In this document: positions 44,327-52,250 of the stretch, one piece after another
Layout of the letters: every line of letters begins with the position of its first letter
How positions within the stretch are numbered: the first letter of the stretch is position 1
The notes under the pieces: model-generated
What the model was told of the DNA's origin: nothing
Database searches by the model: none
What the model saw: only the letters and a program-made list of their open reading frames with translations
NCBI GenBank assembly: GCA_021325275.1
Contig: JAJPHL010000075.1
Span: 16,310-80,309 of the forward strand
DNA: 64,000 nt
Source: Terriglobia bacterium
GTDB lineage: Bacteria; Acidobacteriota; Terriglobia; JAJPHL01
Direction of reading: 5' to 3'
Made by a program: the position numbers and the translations under genes

Positions 44327-46126
44327 ATGAAGATCCGCGTAGTTTGTGCCGCTATCTTGCTGACGATTGTCGCCGCGCTGGCCGCGGCGCAACAAAACAC
44401 TCCCGATCCCGAGCACGAGAAACGAATCGCTTGGTGGCGCGAAGCGCGCTTCGGCATGTTCATTCACTGGGGTGTCTACGCCGTGCCCGCCGGCCAGTGG
44501 AAAGGCCGGCCCGTGCCGGGCCTTGGCGAGTGGATCATGAATCGCGCGCGCATTCCGGTGAAGGAATATGAACAACTGCCCAAGCAGTTCGATCCCGAAA
44601 AGTTTGACGCCGACGCGTGGGTGAAAGTCGCAAAAGACGCCGGCATGAAGTACATCGTGATCACCTCGAAGCATCACGACGGCTTCGCGATGTACGGATC
44701 GAAGGTCAGTTCGTACAACATTGTCGACGCCACGCCGTTCAAGCGCGATCCCCTGAAGGAATTGGCGGCGGCGTGCCAGCGCGCTGGCATCAAACTGGGT
44801 TTCTACTATTCGCAAACGCAGGATTGGCACGAGTACAACGCCGAGGGCAACGTCTGGGATTGGCCGGAGCCCGACCCGAAAAAAGATTTCGCAAAGTATT
44901 TCGAAGCCAAGTGCAAGCCGCAAGTGAAGGAAATTCTCACCGGCTACGGACCGCTCGCGGAAATCTGGTTCGACACGCCGCGCAACATCAGCCGCGCCAT
45001 GAGTCTTGAACTGGTCGACATGGTGCACAAGCTGAATCCGGAATGTCTGGTCGACGGGCGCGTCGGCAACGGCGTTGGCGACTACGAGTCGGCGGGCGAC
45101 AATCAGATCAGCGCGGGGAACATGCGCCGCGACTGGGAAACGCCGGTGACGCTGAACGACACGTGGGGATTCAAGAAGGACGACAACAACTGGAAGTCGG
45201 CGGCGGTGCTGGTGCGGCAATTGGCGCAAGTGGCGGGCCGCAACGGAAATTACTTGTTGAACGTGGGGCCCACGGCGGAGGGAATCATCCCGCAACCGAG
45301 CGTGGAGCGTCTGGCGGAAGTGGGGCAGTGGATGAAAGTGAACGGCGAATCGATTTATGGCACGCAGGGCAGTCCGTTTGCCTACGACTTTCCGTGGGGC
45401 GCGGTGACGATGAAGCCCGGCAAACTGTACCTGCACATTTTCCAGTGGCCCAGCGACGGCGGTTTTTCCATCGCCGGCATCAAGTCGAAAGTGAAGAAAG
45501 CATATTTGCTCGCCGAGCCGGCCAAACCGCTCTTCATCCGGCAGGACAATATCGCGCGCACCGACCAATATTCCTTTACCGCGCGACTTCCGAAAGACGC
45601 GCCCGATGCGAAGGACTCCGTGCTGGTGCTCGACGTCGATGCGTCGTCGCCGGACATTCTCCCCGGAATCCTGCAGCAAGCCGACGGCAGCGTGACGCTG
45701 CCCGCGCATCTCGGCGGCATTCACACCGATTCCGGACGCGCGCCGCAAATGCGCCTTGATAGTCGCGGCGTGGCGACGGGTTGGACGCATACCGGCGAAT
45801 GGATGAATTGGGAATTTCGCAGCGCGCCCGGACGTTTCAACGTGGTGGTGATCACGTCGCAAACGAAAAACGGCGCCGACTGGGAAGGCGGCCATCAAAT
45901 CGCGCTCGACGTGGATGGACGCAAGGTGGAGGGAACCATCACCGACGACAATCACGTGGAGAATCCCAGCAATCCTTACTGGCCGTATGTGGAATCGCGC
46001 ATCGGCATGGTGGATTTGCCGCAGGCGGCGCTGCACGTGTTGTCGCTGAGGCCCGTGAAAATTGAAGCGGCGAAAAACTTGGGGATCACGCTGGTGTCGG
46101 TGAAACTGGTCCCGCAAGGGCGCTAG
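44327..46126 (+). CDS. Secreted GH29 alpha-L-fucosidase with a C-terminal beta-sandwich extension
   Basis: 599 aa. Signal peptide MKIRVVCAAILLTIVAALAAAQQ. GH29 core WWREARFGMFIHWGVYAVPA, AGMKYIVITSKHHDGFAMY, GFYYS. Confidence 0.92.
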   Translation: MKIRVVCAAILLTIVAALAAAQQNTPDPEHEKRIAWWREARFGMFIHWGVYAVPAGQWKGRPVPGLGEWIMNRARIPVKEYEQLPKQFDPEKFDADAWVKVAKDAGMKYIVITSKHHDGFAMYGSKVSSYNIVDATPFKRDPLKELAAACQRAGIKLGFYYSQTQDWHEYNAEGNVWDWPEPDPKKDFAKYFEAKCKPQVKEILTGYGPLAEIWFDTPRNISRAMSLELVDMVHKLNPECLVDGRVGNGVGDYESAGDNQISAGNMRRDWETPVTLNDTWGFKKDDNNWKSAAVLVRQLAQVAGRNGNYLLNVGPTAEGIIPQPSVERLAEVGQWMKVNGESIYGTQGSPFAYDFPWGAVTMKPGKLYLHIFQWPSDGGFSIAGIKSKVKKAYLLAEPAKPLFIRQDNIARTDQYSFTARLPKDAPDAKDSVLVLDVDASSPDILPGILQQADGSVTLPAHLGGIHTDSGRAPQMRLDSRGVATGWTHTGEWMNWEFRSAPGRFNVVVITSQTKNGADWEGGHQIALDVDGRKVEGTITDDNHVENPSNPYWPYVESRIGMVDLPQAALHVLSLRPVKIEAAKNLGITLVSVKLVPQGR

Positions 46127-46198
46127 GCGCATCCGCGCTTAATCGTCAGAGCGCATTTCGCGCTAATATTATAGGGTACGAGTAGGGAGGTCCTCGGT

Positions 46199-46624
46199 AT
46201 GCGAAGGCCAGAGCGAGTGCTCGTCGTCTGCGCGGGAAATACTTGTCGGAGCGCAATGGCGGAAGGAATCATCCGGCGGCTTTCCGGGGGCCGAGTCCAC
46301 GTAGAAAGCGCTGGACTTGAGGCTGCCGATGGAATGCCAGCAACTGTACACGCCGTGAGAGTCATGTCTGAGAGGGGCTCGGATATCAGCCGGCATCGTT
46401 CGCGTCCGATGGAATCCGTCGATTTGTCGGGATTTGACTTTATCTTGGCGATGCAACCTTCGATCGCTGCTGAGCTCGAAGACCGAGGAATCGCGGCTTC
46501 GAGGATTCAAACCTTGGACGTCGACGATCCCTATGGCAAGGACATCGAAGAATATCGAGACGTAGCCGCGAAAATTGAACGTGCCGTTCATCGACTGCTG
46601 CCGAGTTTCCGAACCGCGGCGTGA
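46199..46624 (+). CDS. Low-molecular-weight protein tyrosine/arginine phosphatase family
   Basis: 141 aa. P-loop VLVVCAGNTCRSAMAEG (CX5R-S) and acid loop DVDDPYG. SD GGGAGG. Confidence 0.9.
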   Translation: MRRPERVLVVCAGNTCRSAMAEGIIRRLSGGRVHVESAGLEAADGMPATVHAVRVMSERGSDISRHRSRPMESVDLSGFDFILAMQPSIAAELEDRGIAASRIQTLDVDDPYGKDIEEYRDVAAKIERAVHRLLPSFRTAA

Positions 46625-46628
46625 ATCC

Positions 46629-47090
46629 ATGACAGATCGCGAGTATCTCAACGATGGGATACGCCGGGTCCAAGCCGGAGACGTCAAGGGCTCCCATGCG
46701 GCGGGGGTCTTCGGTCGATGCGCAGCGGATTTTGAGACTGCCATTAGAGCTTGGTTCACCGTTTTGCTAGCCGAATGCGACTTGGGCTACGACAAGGAGC
46801 TCCGGGCACACTGCAAGGATGTGGAACTTCACAAAGCGACTCTGGGAAACCTGATTGCGGGCATTCGGCGGGTTGGTGAGCTAAAGAAGGGCGCTCTCGA
46901 GACCCGTGTCGGATCGAGCGATGTCACCACGTTGCTTCACACGCTGGAAAGCGTGAATCGGGAATGGATTCGGGTTAAGCACAAGGGCGAGGAACTGAGT
47001 GATCTGTTAGTCCTCGCTCAAATGAAGTCAATGGCAAGAGTACTGGACAGCCTTTCAATTGAGCCCCGTCGAAGGGACTCCATACGTTAA
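46629..47090 (+). CDS. Hypothetical helical protein, possibly DUF4145/HEPN-like
   Basis: ATG 46629, 4 nt after the phosphatase stop; 153 aa. Helical pattern AADFETAIRAWFTVLL ... KATLGNLIAGIRRVGELKK ... LESVNREWIRVKHKGEELSDLLVLAQMKSMARVLDSL, containing an R-x6-H. A/T-richer third codon positions than its neighbours. Confidence 0.6.
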   Translation: MTDREYLNDGIRRVQAGDVKGSHAAGVFGRCAADFETAIRAWFTVLLAECDLGYDKELRAHCKDVELHKATLGNLIAGIRRVGELKKGALETRVGSSDVTTLLHTLESVNREWIRVKHKGEELSDLLVLAQMKSMARVLDSLSIEPRRRDSIR

Positions 47091-47122
47091 AGGGTTGACG
47101 AGCCCCCTCCGGCCGGACATAT

Positions 47123-48079
47123 CTAACTACTGCCGATCAAGACGCCCGTTGCGAACACCAGCAATCCGCCGATGACAACTTGCAGCACGGCAGGAATCGG
47201 CGGTGTGCCCATGAACTTGTGCCGGATTGTGGCGATGATTCCAAGTTCCACGAGCACGACCGAGACGGCCACCGCGGTCGCGGTACGGAAATCGTGGATC
47301 AAGTACGGCAGCGTGTGACCGATGCCGCCCAGCGTGGTCATGATGCCGCACACCAAGCCGCGCAGCAACGGGCGGCCGCGTCCGGTGAGCGCGCCGTCGT
47401 CGGACAAGGCTTCCGCGAAACCCATGCTGATCCCCGCGCCGAGTGATGCCGCGAGTCCCACGGCGAGCGCGTCCCAACTGCTGTGTGTGGCGAAGGCCGC
47501 CGCGAACAGAGGTGCGAGCGTGGAGACGGAGCCGTCCATCAATCCCGCAAGTCCCGGCTGGACCACTTGCAACAGGAAAAGCCGGCGGCTTGCTTCGGCT
47601 TCCTGCTGCATCGCTGGTTGATCGAGCTTTTGCGCCGTCAAGTCTTCGGCGCGATGCGCGTGAGAAATTTCTTCCTCCGCCAGATCGTTCAACAACTGGC
47701 GAATGCTGGCATCCTGCGAGCGCTCCGCCGCACTGAGATAGAAGCGCCGCATCTCCGCTTCCGCCGTGCTCGACGCGGTGCGAATCTTGTCGAGGTCGAG
47801 CGGTTCTTGCAGCCAGATCGGTTCCTGGTGGATCAGGCCTTTGACGTCTTGCCGGCGTACCAGCGGAATGTGTTCGCCGAATTTTTTGCGATACAGTTCG
47901 ATCAGCCGGCGGCGATGTCCCGCTTCTTCTTCCTGCATGCCCTGGAAGACGGCGGCCGACGCCGGGAAATCCTTGCGCAGTCCCTCGACGTAATCGGCGT
48001 AGACGCGTTCATGTTCTTCTTCGAGCGTGATGGCGAGCGCGAGCACTTCTTTTTCATTGAGGCTGTCGAACGTTCGCAT
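47123..48079 (-). CDS. mbfA: Membrane-bound ferritin-like iron exporter (erythrin-VIT1/CCC1 fusion, MbfA type)
   Basis: 318 aa. N-terminal ferritin-like ExxH motifs (LEEEHERVY, QEEEAGHRRR, AEEEISHAHR) and a C-terminal VIT1 membrane domain. Confidence 0.88.
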   Translation of the reverse strand: MRTFDSLNEKEVLALAITLEEEHERVYADYVEGLRKDFPASAAVFQGMQEEEAGHRRRLIELYRKKFGEHIPLVRRQDVKGLIHQEPIWLQEPLDLDKIRTASSTAEAEMRRFYLSAAERSQDASIRQLLNDLAEEEISHAHRAEDLTAQKLDQPAMQQEAEASRRLFLLQVVQPGLAGLMDGSVSTLAPLFAAAFATHSSWDALAVGLAASLGAGISMGFAEALSDDGALTGRGRPLLRGLVCGIMTTLGGIGHTLPYLIHDFRTATAVAVSVVLVELGIIATIRHKFMGTPPIPAVLQVVIGGLLVFATGVLIGSS

Positions 48080-48088
48080 CGAATCATT

Positions 48089-51000
48089 TTATGCTGAAAC
48101 GGCCACGGCTCCATCGTGGAGCCTCAACGTTTCTCCCGACAGGGCGCTGATGCGCGCGCCCGGCAACACGATGCCGCTCAAGTTCAGTGGATCGGCGGCG
48201 GAAATGTTCGCCGTTTCGGACGCCGTGTCGCGGCGAACCGCGCGCAACAAGTCCACCGCTTCCGGCATCGCATATTGCTCGCCCACAGGACCCGAGACGA
48301 ACCGGCCGCCGCGAATTTCGCCGCGCGCTTCCATGCGCCGCAACTCCACGAGCAAATCGCGCCACGGCGGCGCGAGCGTCTCGCGCGCCAGCAAGTCGCG
48401 GAACAGCACGCCCCAGCGGCGCAAGAGTTGTCGCGCGAAATTCTCCGCCGACGGCGCGGGATTTTCCACGGCGAGCAGCGACCAACGTCCAGCGGCATGA
48501 CGCGGACGCGCGGATTTGCCGCGACCTTCGCCGCGTCGCCGCTTGGGATCGACAAGCGCGCGCAAGTTTTCGAAACCGTCGGCGGTCACCAGTCCCGCGG
48601 CGGTCAATTCCCACAGCGCGTCTTCCACTTCGCTCGCCAAACGGCCCGAGCCGCGCTGCAGTTCGCCAAAAAACGATGCGCCGCGGCGCTGTAATTCGGC
48701 GAGTACTTCCTGAGCCTGATGCGAAAGCAGCGGCAACCGCGCGTCGCGCGGCGGCAGCAGCCACGCGGCGTCTTCGCGCAAGAAAATCGAGAGCGGCGCA
48801 ATACGCGTGGGGCGCACGCGCCGCAGGGTGGGACTGTCGCTACTCTCCGAACTTCGCGGCGCCAGGCGTCCCCACGCCACTTCGCCCGACAAACACAAGC
48901 GGTCGAGATCTTCCGGCTGGTATTTGGCCATGCGCCGCGGCAGAATTTCCGTTTCCCACGCGGCCGCCGAGATTTCGTAGCCCTGAAGCTGGCGGATCAT
49001 CGCGAACAATCCTTCGACGCCATGCAGCCGCGTGCCCGTCGCGAGGTGTTGCCAACGACAGAGGAAGCGCATGAATTGCGCCGAACTCACCGGCTCGATC
49101 TCGCGCCGCAAGCGGCCGAGCGTCAGGCGATGAATGCGCGCCAGCAAGCGCCGATTGCACCATTCCGTTTCTGAATCCGTTGCGCTGCCCGGCGTGAATC
49201 GTCCGCGCAGAATTTCGCCTGATCCCTCGAGACGCGCCAGTGCGGCATCGGCCAGCCACTGTGGCAGGGCAAGCTTGGCGGCCATCTCGGTGGCGCGCAC
49301 GGGACCGGAGAGCTCCAGCCATCCGCGCATCACTACGGTCGCGCATTCTTCCTGACTCTCCGGGATCGCTTGCGCGATCGCCGCGATTTTTGGCGTCATC
49401 GAGGCATCGGAGTAGAGCGCGCGCGCCAGATCCAAGCGTTCCGCGGCGACCCAGAACGCCGCGCCGTTCCCTGACATCGTTGTCGCGCGCCGCGACGCTT
49501 CGAGCGCGCCGTAGAACGCTTGCCACTCGGCCGTGCACGGCAAAACACCGAGGGTCAGCAAAGCGTCGTGCAATTCGTCGGCGTCGCGCACAGCGGGCCA
49601 GGCTTGCTCACGGACCTCAGCGATCGCGGCCGCGTCGAGTTGGCCGATTTCGCCCGTGGCCGACGGCAGGGTCTTGCGCAATTCCACGGCTCGGGCGCGG
49701 CGTTCCTCAAGCGGCGCGTCGTCGAGAAACGCGTAGGGATTCGAATTCAAAATCTCGTGCGAAAACGGCGACGCTTCTTTCGTGTCGATCGCCACCGTAC
49801 GGATTTCGCCCGCGTGAATCTTGCGAATGATTTCGCGCAGGGAGTCCAGATCCATCGCTTCGTGCAGACAATTCGAAATCGTCTCGTTCACCAGCGGATG
49901 ATCGGGAATCTTCGGCTCACCGGTAAGATTTTCCGGGCACGCGGCTTGATCGGGGAAAACGGCAGCGAGCAAATCGTCGGAGCGCATCCGCTGGATCGGC
50001 GGCGGCGTTTTGCGTCCGCCCGAAAATCGCAGCACGGCGAGCGCGCGCGACGCGTTCCAGCGCCAGCGCGCTTGGAACATCGGCGACGCCAGTAGAGCTT
50101 GCGAGAGCGTGTGTTCCAGCGTCTCCGCCTTCAGGAATTGATAAATCACTTCCAGCGGAAACGCGTGCTGCTCGCTGAGCGAAATCAGCAGACCGTTGTC
50201 AGTGGCCGCCGCCTGCAATTCGAAATTGAAGTTGCGGCAAAACTTTTTGCGCAGCGCCAGTCCCCAAGCGCGCGTGATCCGCGCGCCGAATGGCGCGTGG
50301 ACAATTAACTGCATGCCGCCGGCTTCGTCGAAGAATCGTTCGGCGACGACGGTATCGAACGTGGGTAGCGCTCCGAGTGCGTCGCGACCCGCGCGAACAT
50401 ACGCCGCCGCTTGCTCGGCGCCGCGACGCTCCAGCCCGCATTCGTTTTCGAGTAGCGCGACAGGATCAGCCGCGTTCACAACCGCTTCGCGGAGTCGCGA
50501 GACTTCTTGCGAGAGTTCGAACGTTCGACCAGGGGCTTCGCCATTCCAGAAAGGAATGCTCGGTGTGGCGCCGGGCGCGGGATCCACGCGCACGCGTCCC
50601 GCTTCCACGCGGCGAATCTTCCATGACGTTGTTCCCAGCATGAAAACGTCGCCGACCGCCGCTTCCACCGCGAAATCCTCGTCGACCGTTCCCACCGTCA
50701 CGCCTTCCGGTTCCGCGACCACTTGATAATTCGCGTTGTCGGGAATCGCGCCGCCGCTGGTGACCGCCGCGAGTCGCGCCCCGCGCCGTCCTTTGATGCG
50801 ATTGTTCACTTGGTCGCGATGCAGATACGTCCCGCTGCGTCCGCGCTGTGTGGCGATTCCTTCGGAAAGCATTTCAATGACCGCATCGAAATCCGCGCGT
50901 TTCAGGGAAGCGTACGAATGGCAGCCTCGCACCAAATCAAAGAGCTCATCCTCGGCCCATTCGTCGCAGGCCGACGCGGCGACAATCTGTTGCGCGAGCA

Positions 51001-52210
51001 CGTCGAGCGGGGGCCGGGGAATACGGATGCGGTCGAGTTCGCCGGAGCGAATTGCACGGACGAGCGCGGCATTCTCGATGAGATCGTCGCGTGTGGTTGC
51101 GAAAAATCGTCCCTTGGGCACCGCACCGACCCAGTGGCCGGAGCGTCCCACGCGTTGAAGTGCGACAGCAATCGACCGCGGCGTGCCGATCTGGCAGACC
51201 AAATCGACGGTTCCGATATCGATGCCCAGTTCGAGCGAAGCCGTCGCGACGACGGCACGCAGTTCACCTTTCTTCAAACGCTCCTCGGCCGTCAACCGAA
51301 GCTTGCGTGAAAGGGACCCGTGATGCGGCAGCACGGCGTCGTGACCGATGCGCTCACCGAGATGGTGAGCTACACGTTCAGAGAGCCGCCGCGTGTTGAC
51401 GAACACGAGCGTAGTGCGATGTTCGCGGATCAATTCGGCGAGGCGATCGTAAACTTCGCCCCACATTTCCGTTGACGCCACGGGACCAAGTTCGTCACGC
51501 GGCACTTCCACGTTCAGTTCCATCGCGCGGCGATGGCCCACTTGCACGATCCTCGTGTCGCGGCCGATGAATTGCGCGACGTCCTCGATGGGCTTGACCG
51601 TCGCCGAGAGTCCCACGCGCTGCGGGCGCGGCAGGCCGTTCGATAGCACCAGCGAATCGAGGCGCGCCAGCGACAGCGCCAAGTGCGAACCGCGTTTGTC
51701 GCCGGCCACTGCGTGGATCTCGTCGAGGATCACCGTGCGGATCGTGGACAGCATCTTGCGTCCGCGCTCGGTGGTGATGAGGATGAAAAAAGATTCCGGC
51801 GTCGTCACCAACACGTGCGGCGGGTCCTTCAACATCCGTTGGCGTTCCCACTGCGGCGTGTCGCCGGTGCGCACGGCGGCGCGAATCGGCGGCAACTCTG
51901 CGCCCGCGCAAATCTCGCCCAGCGGCACTTCGAGATTCTTGTGAATATCGTTGGAAAGCGCCTTGAGCGGCGAAATGTACAAGACACTCGAGCGATCGTC
52001 CAGCAATCCGGCGCGCGCTTGCTTGACCAATTCGTCGAGACAAATCAAAAACGCCGCCAGCGTTTTGCCGGAACCGGTGGGCGCGGAGATCAGTACGTCG
52101 CGGCCTTCGCGGATCAGAGGCCAGCCTTGAACTTGTGGTTCCGTCGCGTCGGAAAAACGGCGCTCGAACCATGAGGCGACAAGGGGATCAAAGCCTGCGA
52201 GGGCGCTCAT
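48089..52210 (-). CDS. lhr: Lhr-family large ATP-dependent helicase
   Basis: About 1373 aa from ATG 52210 (the track start at 52234 is also possible). Motif I APTGSGKTLAAF, motif II DEIH, SAT (GLSATV), HHGSLS, QRVGRSGH, and a long DEAD/H-associated C-terminal region. Confidence 0.93.
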   Translation of the reverse strand: MSALAGFDPLVASWFERRFSDATEPQVQGWPLIREGRDVLISAPTGSGKTLAAFLICLDELVKQARAGLLDDRSSVLYISPLKALSNDIHKNLEVPLGEICAGAELPPIRAAVRTGDTPQWERQRMLKDPPHVLVTTPESFFILITTERGRKMLSTIRTVILDEIHAVAGDKRGSHLALSLARLDSLVLSNGLPRPQRVGLSATVKPIEDVAQFIGRDTRIVQVGHRRAMELNVEVPRDELGPVASTEMWGEVYDRLAELIREHRTTLVFVNTRRLSERVAHHLGERIGHDAVLPHHGSLSRKLRLTAEERLKKGELRAVVATASLELGIDIGTVDLVCQIGTPRSIAVALQRVGRSGHWVGAVPKGRFFATTRDDLIENAALVRAIRSGELDRIRIPRPPLDVLAQQIVAASACDEWAEDELFDLVRGCHSYASLKRADFDAVIEMLSEGIATQRGRSGTYLHRDQVNNRIKGRRGARLAAVTSGGAIPDNANYQVVAEPEGVTVGTVDEDFAVEAAVGDVFMLGTTSWKIRRVEAGRVRVDPAPGATPSIPFWNGEAPGRTFELSQEVSRLREAVVNAADPVALLENECGLERRGAEQAAAYVRAGRDALGALPTFDTVVAERFFDEAGGMQLIVHAPFGARITRAWGLALRKKFCRNFNFELQAAATDNGLLISLSEQHAFPLEVIYQFLKAETLEHTLSQALLASPMFQARWRWNASRALAVLRFSGGRKTPPPIQRMRSDDLLAAVFPDQAACPENLTGEPKIPDHPLVNETISNCLHEAMDLDSLREIIRKIHAGEIRTVAIDTKEASPFSHEILNSNPYAFLDDAPLEERRARAVELRKTLPSATGEIGQLDAAAIAEVREQAWPAVRDADELHDALLTLGVLPCTAEWQAFYGALEASRRATTMSGNGAAFWVAAERLDLARALYSDASMTPKIAAIAQAIPESQEECATVVMRGWLELSGPVRATEMAAKLALPQWLADAALARLEGSGEILRGRFTPGSATDSETEWCNRRLLARIHRLTLGRLRREIEPVSSAQFMRFLCRWQHLATGTRLHGVEGLFAMIRQLQGYEISAAAWETEILPRRMAKYQPEDLDRLCLSGEVAWGRLAPRSSESSDSPTLRRVRPTRIAPLSIFLREDAAWLLPPRDARLPLLSHQAQEVLAELQRRGASFFGELQRGSGRLASEVEDALWELTAAGLVTADGFENLRALVDPKRRRGEGRGKSARPRHAAGRWSLLAVENPAPSAENFARQLLRRWGVLFRDLLARETLAPPWRDLLVELRRMEARGEIRGGRFVSGPVGEQYAMPEAVDLLRAVRRDTASETANISAADPLNLSGIVLPGARISALSGETLRLHDGAVAVSA

Positions 52211-52250
52211 GAGCTCATTATCTCCCCGCCGCATCGTTTATACTGCACGA

